Positions 48,829 to 56,602 of a stretch of DNA of 59,131 nucleotides are shown here, one piece after another. Each line of letters opens with the position of its first letter. The first letter of the stretch is position 1. Under the pieces are notes generated by a model. The model was given only the letters and a program-made list of their open reading frames with translations. It did not search any database and had not been told where the DNA came from. A program made the position numbers and the translations under genes. This stretch comes from Klebsiella pneumoniae (GTDB lineage: Bacteria > Pseudomonadota > Gammaproteobacteria > Burkholderiales > SG8-39), in assembly GCA_945906755.1 (NCBI GenBank), contig CAMDRJ010000002.1, positions 1-59,131 on the forward strand, read 5' to 3'.

Positions 48829-49923
48829 ATGGCGAAATCGGCATTGGCAATCCTCGTCCTCGCAGGCGATGGCATCGGCGTCGAGGTCATGCGGACCTGT
48901 CTGGAAGCGCTCCGTGCACTCGAACAACGGGTGGGTGGTTTCCATCTTGAATTCGACGAGCAGGCGGCCGGCGCCGAGCATTATCGAGCCACCGGCATCG
49001 ATATCAGCGCTGCCACAATGCTCGCCGCGGAAAGGGCCGACGCCATTCTGTTTGGGTCAATGGGGCTGCCGGATGTACGCCGACCGGACGGCCGAGAGAT
49101 CGCCCCGCAGCTCGATCTGCGTGAGCATCTGGACCTCTACGCCGGGGTCCGTCCGATCCGTACCATTCCCGGCTTGCCGTCGGTGCTCGCCGACCCGCGC
49201 GCGCAGGACATCGATTTCGTCATCCTGCGGGAGCAGACCGAAGGATTTTTCTATTCGCGCGGCAAGCCGGATATCCGCGGCGACCAGGAGGCCTACGACA
49301 CCTGCAAGATTTCGCGCCCCGCGTGTGAGCGGCTGTTCGACTACGCGTTTCGGCTAGCCGCCCGGCGCAAAGCGCGCAAGACAAATAAGGGACGGGTCAC
49401 GTGCGTCGATAAATCTAATGTGTACACGTCCCAGGCTTTCCTGAACAAGATCTTTTGGGAGCGCGCAAAGCGCCATCCTGAGATCACCGCCGACCATGCC
49501 TATGTCGATGCGATGGCCCTGAATCTTGTCAAAAAACCGTGGGAATACGATGTGTTGCCGATGGAAAACCAGTTCGGCGACATCCTGTCCGACTTGGCCG
49601 GCGGACTGGTCGGGAGCATGGGGCTCGCACCGTCGGGGGATATCGGCGATCACCATGCGCTGTTTCAGCCTGCGCACGGCACCGCGCCTGATATCGCCGG
49701 GCAAGGCAAAGCCAATCCGACCGCGATGCTGCTATCGGCGGCGATGATGCTCGATTGGCTCGGCGAACGGCATGGTGAGGCAAAGCTCGTTGAGGCGGGC
49801 CAGCTGTTCGAGCGGGCGATCGATACCGTTTTTGCGACGAAACAGGTGCTGCCCTTCGAATTCGGCGGACGGGATGGCAATACCGCGATCACCCGCGCGG
49901 TGATCAGGGCGTTTGCCGCGTAG
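48829..49923 (+). CDS. Isocitrate/isopropylmalate dehydrogenase-family enzyme (tartrate dehydrogenase-like)
   Basis: Start trimmed to MAKSALAILVLAGDGIG, with GGAG upstream. Blocks REQTEG, NQFGDILSD and HGTAPDIAG. Confidence 0.85.
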   Translation: MAKSALAILVLAGDGIGVEVMRTCLEALRALEQRVGGFHLEFDEQAAGAEHYRATGIDISAATMLAAERADAILFGSMGLPDVRRPDGREIAPQLDLREHLDLYAGVRPIRTIPGLPSVLADPRAQDIDFVILREQTEGFFYSRGKPDIRGDQEAYDTCKISRPACERLFDYAFRLAARRKARKTNKGRVTCVDKSNVYTSQAFLNKIFWERAKRHPEITADHAYVDAMALNLVKKPWEYDVLPMENQFGDILSDLAGGLVGSMGLAPSGDIGDHHALFQPAHGTAPDIAGQGKANPTAMLLSAAMMLDWLGERHGEAKLVEAGQLFERAIDTVFATKQVLPFEFGGRDGNTAITRAVIRAFAA

Positions 49924-49998
49924 CGCATGCGAGCTTCGCGCGGCTCGCCAACGCGAACGCGTGGGTCTATCATCGATCCAACCAATAAGGAACTCGCC

Positions 49999-50595
49999 AT
50001 GACAAGCGCTCAATCGATGCGGTTCGGCCATTTCGGCATCAACTGTTTCGACGTACCAAAAATGGAAGCCTTCTATACCGAAGTGATGGGGATGGTCGTT
50101 GCTGATCGTGGCTATCGCCCGCCGCCGATTGACATCAATATCGTATTCATGACGCTCGATCCGAGCGAGCATCACCAGATGATTCTTTGCTCCGGCCGTA
50201 CCGAGGGGAAGATCGAGAGTGGCGCTTTCCGCGGCGGTGGCAAGGGTTCGGCGATCAATCAGATCTCGTTCCACTATGCGACGCTTGCGGACATGCGCAC
50301 GGCGGTGGCGCGTCTTGCCAAAGCGGGCCGCAACGATGGTACGCCGATCAATCACGGCAACGCCTGGTCGGTCTACATCCGCGACATCGAAGGCAATCCG
50401 ATGGAGCTTTATGTGGATAGCCCGTGGTACACGCCGCAGCCCTGTGGCGAGCCGTTCGATTTGTCGAAGCCTGACGCGGAGATCTTGCGTGAGACCGAAG
50501 CAATGTGCCGCGGCCGGCCCGGCTTCGAACCTGCCGAGACATGGCGCGCGAAGCTCGCCACCAAGATCAATGCCGCATTGGGTGCCCGCGCGTGA
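49999..50595 (+). CDS. VOC (glyoxalase/dioxygenase) family protein
   Basis: Start trimmed to MTSAQSMRFGHFGINC. Blocks FYTEVMGM and DIEGNPMEL. Confidence 0.75.
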   Translation: MTSAQSMRFGHFGINCFDVPKMEAFYTEVMGMVVADRGYRPPPIDINIVFMTLDPSEHHQMILCSGRTEGKIESGAFRGGGKGSAINQISFHYATLADMRTAVARLAKAGRNDGTPINHGNAWSVYIRDIEGNPMELYVDSPWYTPQPCGEPFDLSKPDAEILRETEAMCRGRPGFEPAETWRAKLATKINAALGARA

Positions 50596-50613
50596 GGTGA
50601 ACTGCGCGGTTCT

Positions 50614-50859
50614 TCACCGCATCGCCGACGCCGCGGCTTTCCGCATCATCGCGGCTTCGTCCGTCTTGAATAGCTTCCCACCCCAAACCACCGGTTCGCC
50701 GAGCGACTGCGTCATCGACGCTACGACAATGCGCGAGATGACATCGGTGGCGCTGCCCGTTCCAAATGCGGCGATCGCGCGGATCGGTTTAATGGGGAAC
50801 TACGCATAGGCCGGCAGCGAACAGGCAACCGGCAGGGCAAGCGAAATTAGTCGGGTCAT
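50614..50859 (-). pseudogene. Remnant of a Bug/TctC gene with an in-frame TAG after the signal peptide and the 3' three-quarters missing
   Basis: My manual translation of the minus strand is MTRLISLALPVACSLPAYA*FPIKPIRAIAAFGTGSATDVISRIVVASMTQSLGEPVVW.... It is collinear with the N-terminus of the intact neighbour. Homology is lost after about 60 codons and the frame stops at 50614. Confidence 0.7.
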
Positions 50860-50868
50860 GGCGTTTCG

Positions 50869-51846
50869 CTAATCGTCCAGCGCAATCTTGTGTTCGCGCG
50901 CGATCGCGGTCCAGCGCGTGATTTCCGATTGAATGTATTTGCCGAATTGATCGGGCGTCATCGGCATCGGGTCGATCGCCTCCGCCGATAAGCGTTGTTG
51001 CAATGCGGGCGATTCGATTGCCTTGTTGATTTCGGCATTGAGTCTGGCGGTGATCGCGGCCGGCATGTTGGCAGGCCCAACGATGCCATACCACTGGACG
51101 CTATCGAAGCCCTTGAATCCCGACTCTTCAAATGTTGGCAAGTCCGGCAACAATGGATGGCGCTTGAGTCCGGTCACCGCCATCGGTTTCATTTTCTTTG
51201 CGCGGATGTGCGGCAGCGCGGCCGCGAGACCTGGCATCATCATCTGCGTTTGACCGCCCAGGAGGTCGGTAATCGCGGGGCCAATGCCGCGGTAATGCGC
51301 GGTGGGCCCTGACACGCCGATCGCGCTCTTGAACTGTTCCATCGCCAGATGATTGAGCGTGCCGGGCCCACCGGACGCATAGCTCAGTTTGGCGGCGTTC
51401 GTCTTGGCGTAGCTGACCAGGCCCTTCAAGTCGTCGACCGGTACGCCTGCGCCGACGACCAATATGTTCGCGGTGCCACCGACCATCGCGATCGGCGTGA
51501 ATCCCTTGATCGGGTCATACGGAACCTTGCGTACCGCAGGGTTGGTGCCATGCGTCGCCACGTAGCCGACCAGCAAGGTATAGCCGTCTGGCGCCGCGCG
51601 CGCCACGTTTTGCGCCGCGATCACGCCACCGCCACCGCCGACGTTCTCGACGATGAAGGACTGATCCATCGACTTGCTCAATTGTTCGGCGACGGTGCGA
51701 CCGATGAGATCCAGTCCGCCACCTGGTTGAGCGGGGACGATGATTCGCACCGGCTTCACCGGATAGGCCTGTGCCGCAATGAATCCTGGTGAAACCAGGG
51801 TCACCACAAAAATCAACCTGGCAATCGTGCTGCTGCGTTTGCTCAT
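50869..51846 (-). CDS. Bug/TctC-family substrate-binding protein
   Basis: Signal peptide followed by YPVKPVRIIVPAQPGGGLD..ENVGGGGG..PDGYTLL. Confidence 0.9.
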   Translation of the reverse strand: MSKRSSTIARLIFVVTLVSPGFIAAQAYPVKPVRIIVPAQPGGGLDLIGRTVAEQLSKSMDQSFIVENVGGGGGVIAAQNVARAAPDGYTLLVGYVATHGTNPAVRKVPYDPIKGFTPIAMVGGTANILVVGAGVPVDDLKGLVSYAKTNAAKLSYASGGPGTLNHLAMEQFKSAIGVSGPTAHYRGIGPAITDLLGGQTQMMMPGLAAALPHIRAKKMKPMAVTGLKRHPLLPDLPTFEESGFKGFDSVQWYGIVGPANMPAAITARLNAEINKAIESPALQQRLSAEAIDPMPMTPDQFGKYIQSEITRWTAIAREHKIALDD

Positions 51847-51859
51847 GATCCGAATCCTT

Positions 51860-51889
51860 CAATTTGCATCGATACAATTTGCGTTGATA
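51860..51889. repeat. 15-nt tandem direct repeat (CAATTTGCATCGATA / CAATTTGCGTTGATA) immediately upstream of the Bug gene RBS
   Basis: 13 of 15 positions are identical, read directly. On the minus strand the repeat ends 13 nt before the start codon, just before AAGGA. Confidence 0.75.
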
Positions 51890-51907
51890 GATTGCCCGGC
51901 CATTTAC

Positions 51908-52570
51908 TTACGGCGCGTCGCGAATCGCCACCCGCCCGTTGCGAAACGCGAACAGCGGAACCGGTGCTTGCGTTGACCGGCCGCCCATCAACCGATCAAG
52001 ATTGCCAAGCACATATTCGGTGATATCGGCGACCGGTAATTTGAGACACTCAGGCACCGAGCGCCATGCAAGATCAAGCAGTTCGCCGTTGCTTTGCACC
52101 GTGCCATCGCTTGCATTCACTTGCGCCGCAAAGAAGCGTGCATGAAAACGGATGGGGCTCTCGGCGGGCGTAATCGCGCGGATCAAGTAATCGAGGCGAT
52201 CAAGCGATGGGCGCAATTTGCCCGCCTCGATGTGACCCAGCACGATCCCGGTTTCCTCCCAGGTTTCGCGCACCGCGGCGACGGCCAGCGCCCTGGCGCG
52301 CGCGACGCCGCTTTCCCGCACGAGATGTGCATGCACATCCGCACGCAGTGGCGAAAGAGGCTCGATGCGATGATCGTCGTCATCGACGCGCCCACCAGGG
52401 AAGACGTAAAGGTTCGGCAAGAAGCGATGCTTCCCGGCGCGTCGCCCCATCAGGATTTCAATGCGATCGGCACGCCGTCGCAACGGCACCAGGGTCGCCG
52501 CGTCGCGCGGGCGAACGCCACGCGGCCGACCGTTCAGTGCCGGCAGGATCTCGCTGTTGGGAATTTCCAT
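51908..52570 (-). CDS. NUDIX hydrolase
   Basis: 220 aa. FPGGRVD followed by a Nudix-box-like REtwEEtG segment (AAVRETWEETGIV). Confidence 0.78.
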   Translation of the reverse strand: MEIPNSEILPALNGRPRGVRPRDAATLVPLRRRADRIEILMGRRAGKHRFLPNLYVFPGGRVDDDDHRIEPLSPLRADVHAHLVRESGVARARALAVAAVRETWEETGIVLGHIEAGKLRPSLDRLDYLIRAITPAESPIRFHARFFAAQVNASDGTVQSNGELLDLAWRSVPECLKLPVADITEYVLGNLDRLMGGRSTQAPVPLFAFRNGRVAIRDAP

Positions 52571-52784
52571 CCCTGCATTATCGCCTGACCGACCTTCGGG
52601 TGCGGAGAAGGCTGCCGATCAGCTAGACGGCCAACTCGGTTCCGGGGCTTGAATGATTCCCGCACTCGATATCGTTGCCCGGTCAGATGAATCCGAACTG
52701 TACTTCGCGGCGTATAGGGAGACACGAGCCTGGCTCGCACATTGGATTACCAACCTTATCAATCTGATATCTGGAGACTTAACA

Positions 52785-53063
52785 ATGAAAAAGCTCGCGT
52801 CACTACTGACTCTTTGGGTCGCTTTCGCGGCGCCGATGGCCTTCGCCCAGGACGACACCCATTTGGATCCCCGCGTTCGCGCGAAGGCGGAAGCGATGTG
52901 GAAAAAGATGGCGAATAAAGACGGCATGGTCACGCAAAAGGTGCTCATGGACATGGTCATGCAGAAGTTCAATGAAATGGACAAGGGTAAGAAAGGCATG
53001 ATCAGCGCTGCCGACGCGGCACGCATCATGTTGTTCCTGTCGGGTCAGGTCGGATCGCTCTAG
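52785..53063 (+). CDS. Small exported protein with two degenerate EF-hand-like loops
   Basis: Start trimmed to MKKLASLLTLWVAFAAPMAFAQ (signal peptide). The loops are ANKDGMVTQKVL and MDKGKKGMISAADA. Confidence 0.45.
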   Translation: MKKLASLLTLWVAFAAPMAFAQDDTHLDPRVRAKAEAMWKKMANKDGMVTQKVLMDMVMQKFNEMDKGKKGMISAADAARIMLFLSGQVGSL

Positions 53064-53224
53064 TAACGTCCCGATCGAATCGCGCCTCTTTTGGCGACGT
53101 CTGGCTCATTCACGAGGGGGTCGTAAGTCCCCTTCGTGACATGAAAGTTCTACCTGGCCGTGATGATTGCGTGATGAGCGGTTGGCATTGTTCTCCCTGT
53201 CGGGCCGCGAGGCCCAGAAGAACC

Positions 53225-53881
53225 GGAGAACACGACAATGTTGGCCTTCACGGACGATTCCACGGGATTTCACTTCGCTGGGCATTTGGCTAGCAAGGTT
53301 AGCCACGATGCCGCAACGGTTTGCTCGACTACCAGATCATATTGCGCCAGCCGCTCACCGCGAATGGTGATCTGGCCGGCCGCAAGATTCGTGGCAATGC
53401 GACGTACGCGAACGTCATCAAGATGCTCGGTGCATCGATGGTGACGATGCCACCGGCCGAGATCTACACCAGTCTTGACAAGGGGGTCATCGATGGCTTT
53501 GCCTTCACCACAAACGGCATCGTCGGCACGCGCTTCTACGAGGTCTCGAAGTACCTCGTGCGCCCGGCATTTGGCTTTGGCACGCTGCCCATTTTGATGA
53601 ACCTAGCGGCATGGAACAAGCTACCGGAGGCCGATAAGAAGATTCTGTTGGATGAAGGCCGCAAGGCCTCCGACAAATGGATGACCGATCTCACCAAGCT
53701 GATCGCCGATGAGGAAAAGGAACTCGTGGCGAAAGGCCTCACCATCGTGCAAATGAATGATTCATCGCGGGCGAAGCTCAAACAGGCATGGTCCGACGGC
53801 CTGTGGGATATCGCCAGCCAGAAAGCCAAGAAGGAAGTGGATGAGCTGCGCACACTTGCGAAATCGAAGGGCCTTGACTAA
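53225..53881 (+). pseudogene. 5'-truncated and frameshifted remnant of a TRAP (DctP-family) substrate-binding protein gene
   Basis: ORF 53321-53881 corresponds only to the C-terminal half of a DctP protein (DLAGRKIRGN...MPPAEIYTSLDKGVIDG...). The segment ...MLAFTDDSTGFHF, in another frame just upstream, fits the preceding DctP block. There is no signal peptide or N-terminal lobe. Confidence 0.65.
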
Positions 53882-53980
53882 GAGGCCGTTTCAAAATGAC
53901 ACCAAACAGCCCAAACTTAGGGGAGCATGAGGGGATGTTTCCCTTCATCTTGTAACCGTTTCTGAAGAAAAGGAGCAGCC

Positions 53981-54823
53981 ATGCACCAGCTAACGAAGAA
54001 CGTCTTTATCGAAACGCAGATCCGCGGTTGCAACCACGGGTTCGTTACCACCTCCGATGGCATCGTGCTCATCGATACGCCGCACAAGCCAAGCGATGCG
54101 GTGCGGCTAAAGGCCGAGATCGCCAAGCGCGGCAAGCTGCGCTACATCATCAACACCGAGCCGCATGGCGATCATTGGACGGGCAACGCCTACTTCGATG
54201 TGCCGGTGATCGCGCATGAGGGTGTGCGCACGCGCATCCTCGGTACCGATCTGAAGGCGCATGTCGCGCGGGTTGCTTCCTTTGGCGCCGAGGAGCCCGC
54301 ATTACTCGTTGGCTATCGCCCGAATGCCCCGATCATCACCTTCAAGAACGGCATGACCATCCATATTGGCGATCACACCTTCGAGATGATCCATATGCCG
54401 GGACACACCGCGTATCAAGCAGCGATCTGCGTGAAGGAAGAAGGCGTCGTGTTTACCAGCGACAACGTGTTTCATAAGGTGCAGACCTGGCTGCAAGAAG
54501 CCAATCCCGATCTATGGATCACCGCCCTCGATTCGCTTCGCAATCTGAAGGAAGAGATTTTCGTGCCGGGTCATGGCGATGTATGCGGCAAGGAATATCT
54601 CAAGGAGCAGGGCGATTTCATCCTCGAATGGAAGGCGTATGTGAAAGAGGGCATTGATCGCGGCATGACGCGCGATGAGGCGGTGGCGCGGCTTACCGCG
54701 ATGACCAATCGGTATCCAATGGATGTCGGTCAGGACGGCATGTCACCCATGGTGATGAAACTGAATGTAGCGAACCTCTACGACTACATCACCGGGGCGA
54801 CGATGGGCGCGGCGCGGGTCTGA
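53981..54823 (+). CDS. MBL-fold metallo-hydrolase
   Basis: 280 aa. Metal motif TEPHGDHWTGN and a later HMPGHT. AAGGAG lies upstream of the ATG. Confidence 0.85.
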   Translation: MHQLTKNVFIETQIRGCNHGFVTTSDGIVLIDTPHKPSDAVRLKAEIAKRGKLRYIINTEPHGDHWTGNAYFDVPVIAHEGVRTRILGTDLKAHVARVASFGAEEPALLVGYRPNAPIITFKNGMTIHIGDHTFEMIHMPGHTAYQAAICVKEEGVVFTSDNVFHKVQTWLQEANPDLWITALDSLRNLKEEIFVPGHGDVCGKEYLKEQGDFILEWKAYVKEGIDRGMTRDEAVARLTAMTNRYPMDVGQDGMSPMVMKLNVANLYDYITGATMGAARV

Positions 54824-54826
54824 AAC

Positions 54827-54854
54827 GTCATTCCCGCGAAGGCGGGAATCCAGT
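54827..54854 (+). repeat. REP-like element, family 1 (GTCATTCCCGCGAAGGCGGGAATCCAGT)
   Basis: Second copy of the element at 22868-22895, with 27 of 28 identical in opposite orientation. It starts 4 nt after the MBL gene stop. Confidence 0.85.
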
Positions 54855-54869
54855 CCCCGCAGGGGGGAA

Positions 54870-54963
54870 GTGCAGCGCATTCCACCGCATCGATATGTGC
54901 ATAAACAACTCGCGCCAGGTTGGCGCCCAACTGGTGGAATGCACTGCGTTTTTCCACCCTACG
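54870..54963. repeat. Composite REP-like structure, family 2: a long imperfect hairpin (GCAGCGCATTCCACC ... GGTGGAATGCACTGC) plus a full unit CTGGTGGAATGCACTGCGTTTTTCCACCCTACG
   Basis: The arms are 54872-54886 and 54933-47, with 14 of 15 pairing. A nested palindrome GCGCCA-GGT-TGGCGC lies at 54912-54926. The unit at 54931-54963 is the reverse complement of 56629-56660. Confidence 0.75.
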
Positions 54964-55241
54964 TGTTCGCCTAGCGTTTCGATCCTCGGCAAGAAGCGAG
55001 TAGACGCCAGCGCAATGGGGCGAGGGTGAGATCAGCCCTCATTTGCCAGGGAAACGCTGATTAAGCGATCTCGCGCAAGCGGCGTGTCCAAACTTTTCGG
55101 GGAGTTACGAGGGGCAATGAAGTAGTTGGGGCTCCCTCATCCCCAAGCCGTGCTTGCCGGGCATGGTAACTCCCATCAAAATCCAACGTTAAACCCGTTT
55201 CCGGCCGACAATCCCGCTTCGCTCATCGAAAAGGAGACGCC

Positions 55242-56111
55242 GTGAAGGCGCCCAAGTTCTCTTATGTTCGTGCCAGTACGATTGCCGAGGCACTGACCCT
55301 GATCGATCGCCATGGCGCCGATGCACGCATTCTCGCCGGTGGGCAAAGCCTCATGCCGACGCTCAATATGCGCTTATCGCAACCAGCGATGCTCATCGAC
55401 ATCAATCGGCTCGACACGTTGAAGGGTATTTCGATCGCGGGAAACCTTGTGCGCATCGGTGCATTAGCGCGGCATGTCGAGGTGATGAACTCCCCGATCG
55501 TCGCGCAGCATCTGCCCCTGATTGCCGAGGCGATGCCCCATGTAGCGCATCTGGCTGTGCGCAATCGCGGCACGTTCGGTGGCAGCATCGCGCTTGCCGA
55601 TCCAGCCGCCGAAATGCCGGCCTGTGCACTCGCGTTGCAGGCATCGATCGTGGTTGAAAGCGTCAAGGGTCGGCGCATCATTGCAGCCGATGACTATTTC
55701 CTCGGGCTCTACGAGACCGCGCGCCAACCCAACGAGATGGTGGTCGAGGTATTGATTCCAGCTCAGCGACCCGGCACGGTTTCGGTCTTCATGGAACTCG
55801 CCAGGCGTCATGGTGATTTTGCGATGGCAGGCATTGCTTGCACTGCCCGCTTTGAAGGCGATGTCATCGCCGCGATGCGGTTGGTCTATTTCGGTAGTGA
55901 GGGCAAGCCCACCTTGGCACGTGGTGCGATCGCGGCGCTCCAGGGCAAGGCGTGGTCCGCTGAACGGGTGGAGGCTGCTTGCGCAGCGTTGGCGGCCGAC
56001 CTCGCGCCGATGAAGATCCTGGAAAGCGAACCGGCCATGTTGCTCCACTTGCAGCGCGTGCTCACGCGCCGAACGCTCGATGCTGCCCACAAAAGGTCAC
56101 AAGCGAAATGA
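55242..56111 (+). CDS. Molybdenum hydroxylase FAD-binding (medium, CoxM-like) subunit
   Basis: 289 aa. GTG start after AAGGAG. AGGQSLMPTLNMR motif. Confidence 0.88.
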   Translation: MKAPKFSYVRASTIAEALTLIDRHGADARILAGGQSLMPTLNMRLSQPAMLIDINRLDTLKGISIAGNLVRIGALARHVEVMNSPIVAQHLPLIAEAMPHVAHLAVRNRGTFGGSIALADPAAEMPACALALQASIVVESVKGRRIIAADDYFLGLYETARQPNEMVVEVLIPAQRPGTVSVFMELARRHGDFAMAGIACTARFEGDVIAAMRLVYFGSEGKPTLARGAIAALQGKAWSAERVEAACAALAADLAPMKILESEPAMLLHLQRVLTRRTLDAAHKRSQAK

Positions 56112-56599
56112 ATGAAGAAGACGTTCTGCAAATCACCGTCACCGTCAATAACGAGCGAGTTACGCGCACGGTTCCAGTGCGCCAGCATCTGGTCGACTTT
56201 CTACGCATCGAGTTGAGCCTCACTGGTTCGCACCTGGGATGCGAGCATGGCGTGTGTGGTGCTTGTTCGGTGCTGGTCGATGGCGCTGTTGTCCGTGGAT
56301 GCCTGATGCTCGCCGCGCAGGCCGATGGCTGCGAAGTGGTCACGATCGAAGGGCTCACCGAGTCGGGACAAATCGCCGATCTGCAAGCCGCGTTCGTTGA
56401 ACGCAATGCCTTGCAATGCGGCTATTGCACGCCCGGCATGCTGGTCACCGCAACCGCGTTGCTCAAGAACTTGCAGCCGGTGACGCGCGAGAAAATTCGC
56501 GAATCGCTGTCGGGCAATTACTGTCGCTGTACCGGCTATCACGCCATCGTCGATGCGATCGAAGCGACGCTCAATCAGCGCCGTACATTGCGAGCTTAA
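56108..56599 (+). CDS. Molybdenum hydroxylase [2Fe-2S] (small, CoxS-like) subunit
   Basis: Start trimmed to MNEEDVL, with an ATGA overlap onto the upstream stop. Cys motifs CEHGVCGAC and QCGYCTPG...CRCTGY. Confidence 0.9.
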   Translation: MNEEDVLQITVTVNNERVTRTVPVRQHLVDFLRIELSLTGSHLGCEHGVCGACSVLVDGAVVRGCLMLAAQADGCEVVTIEGLTESGQIADLQAAFVERNALQCGYCTPGMLVTATALLKNLQPVTREKIRESLSGNYCRCTGYHAIVDAIEATLNQRRTLRA

Positions 56600-56602
56600 A
56601 CA

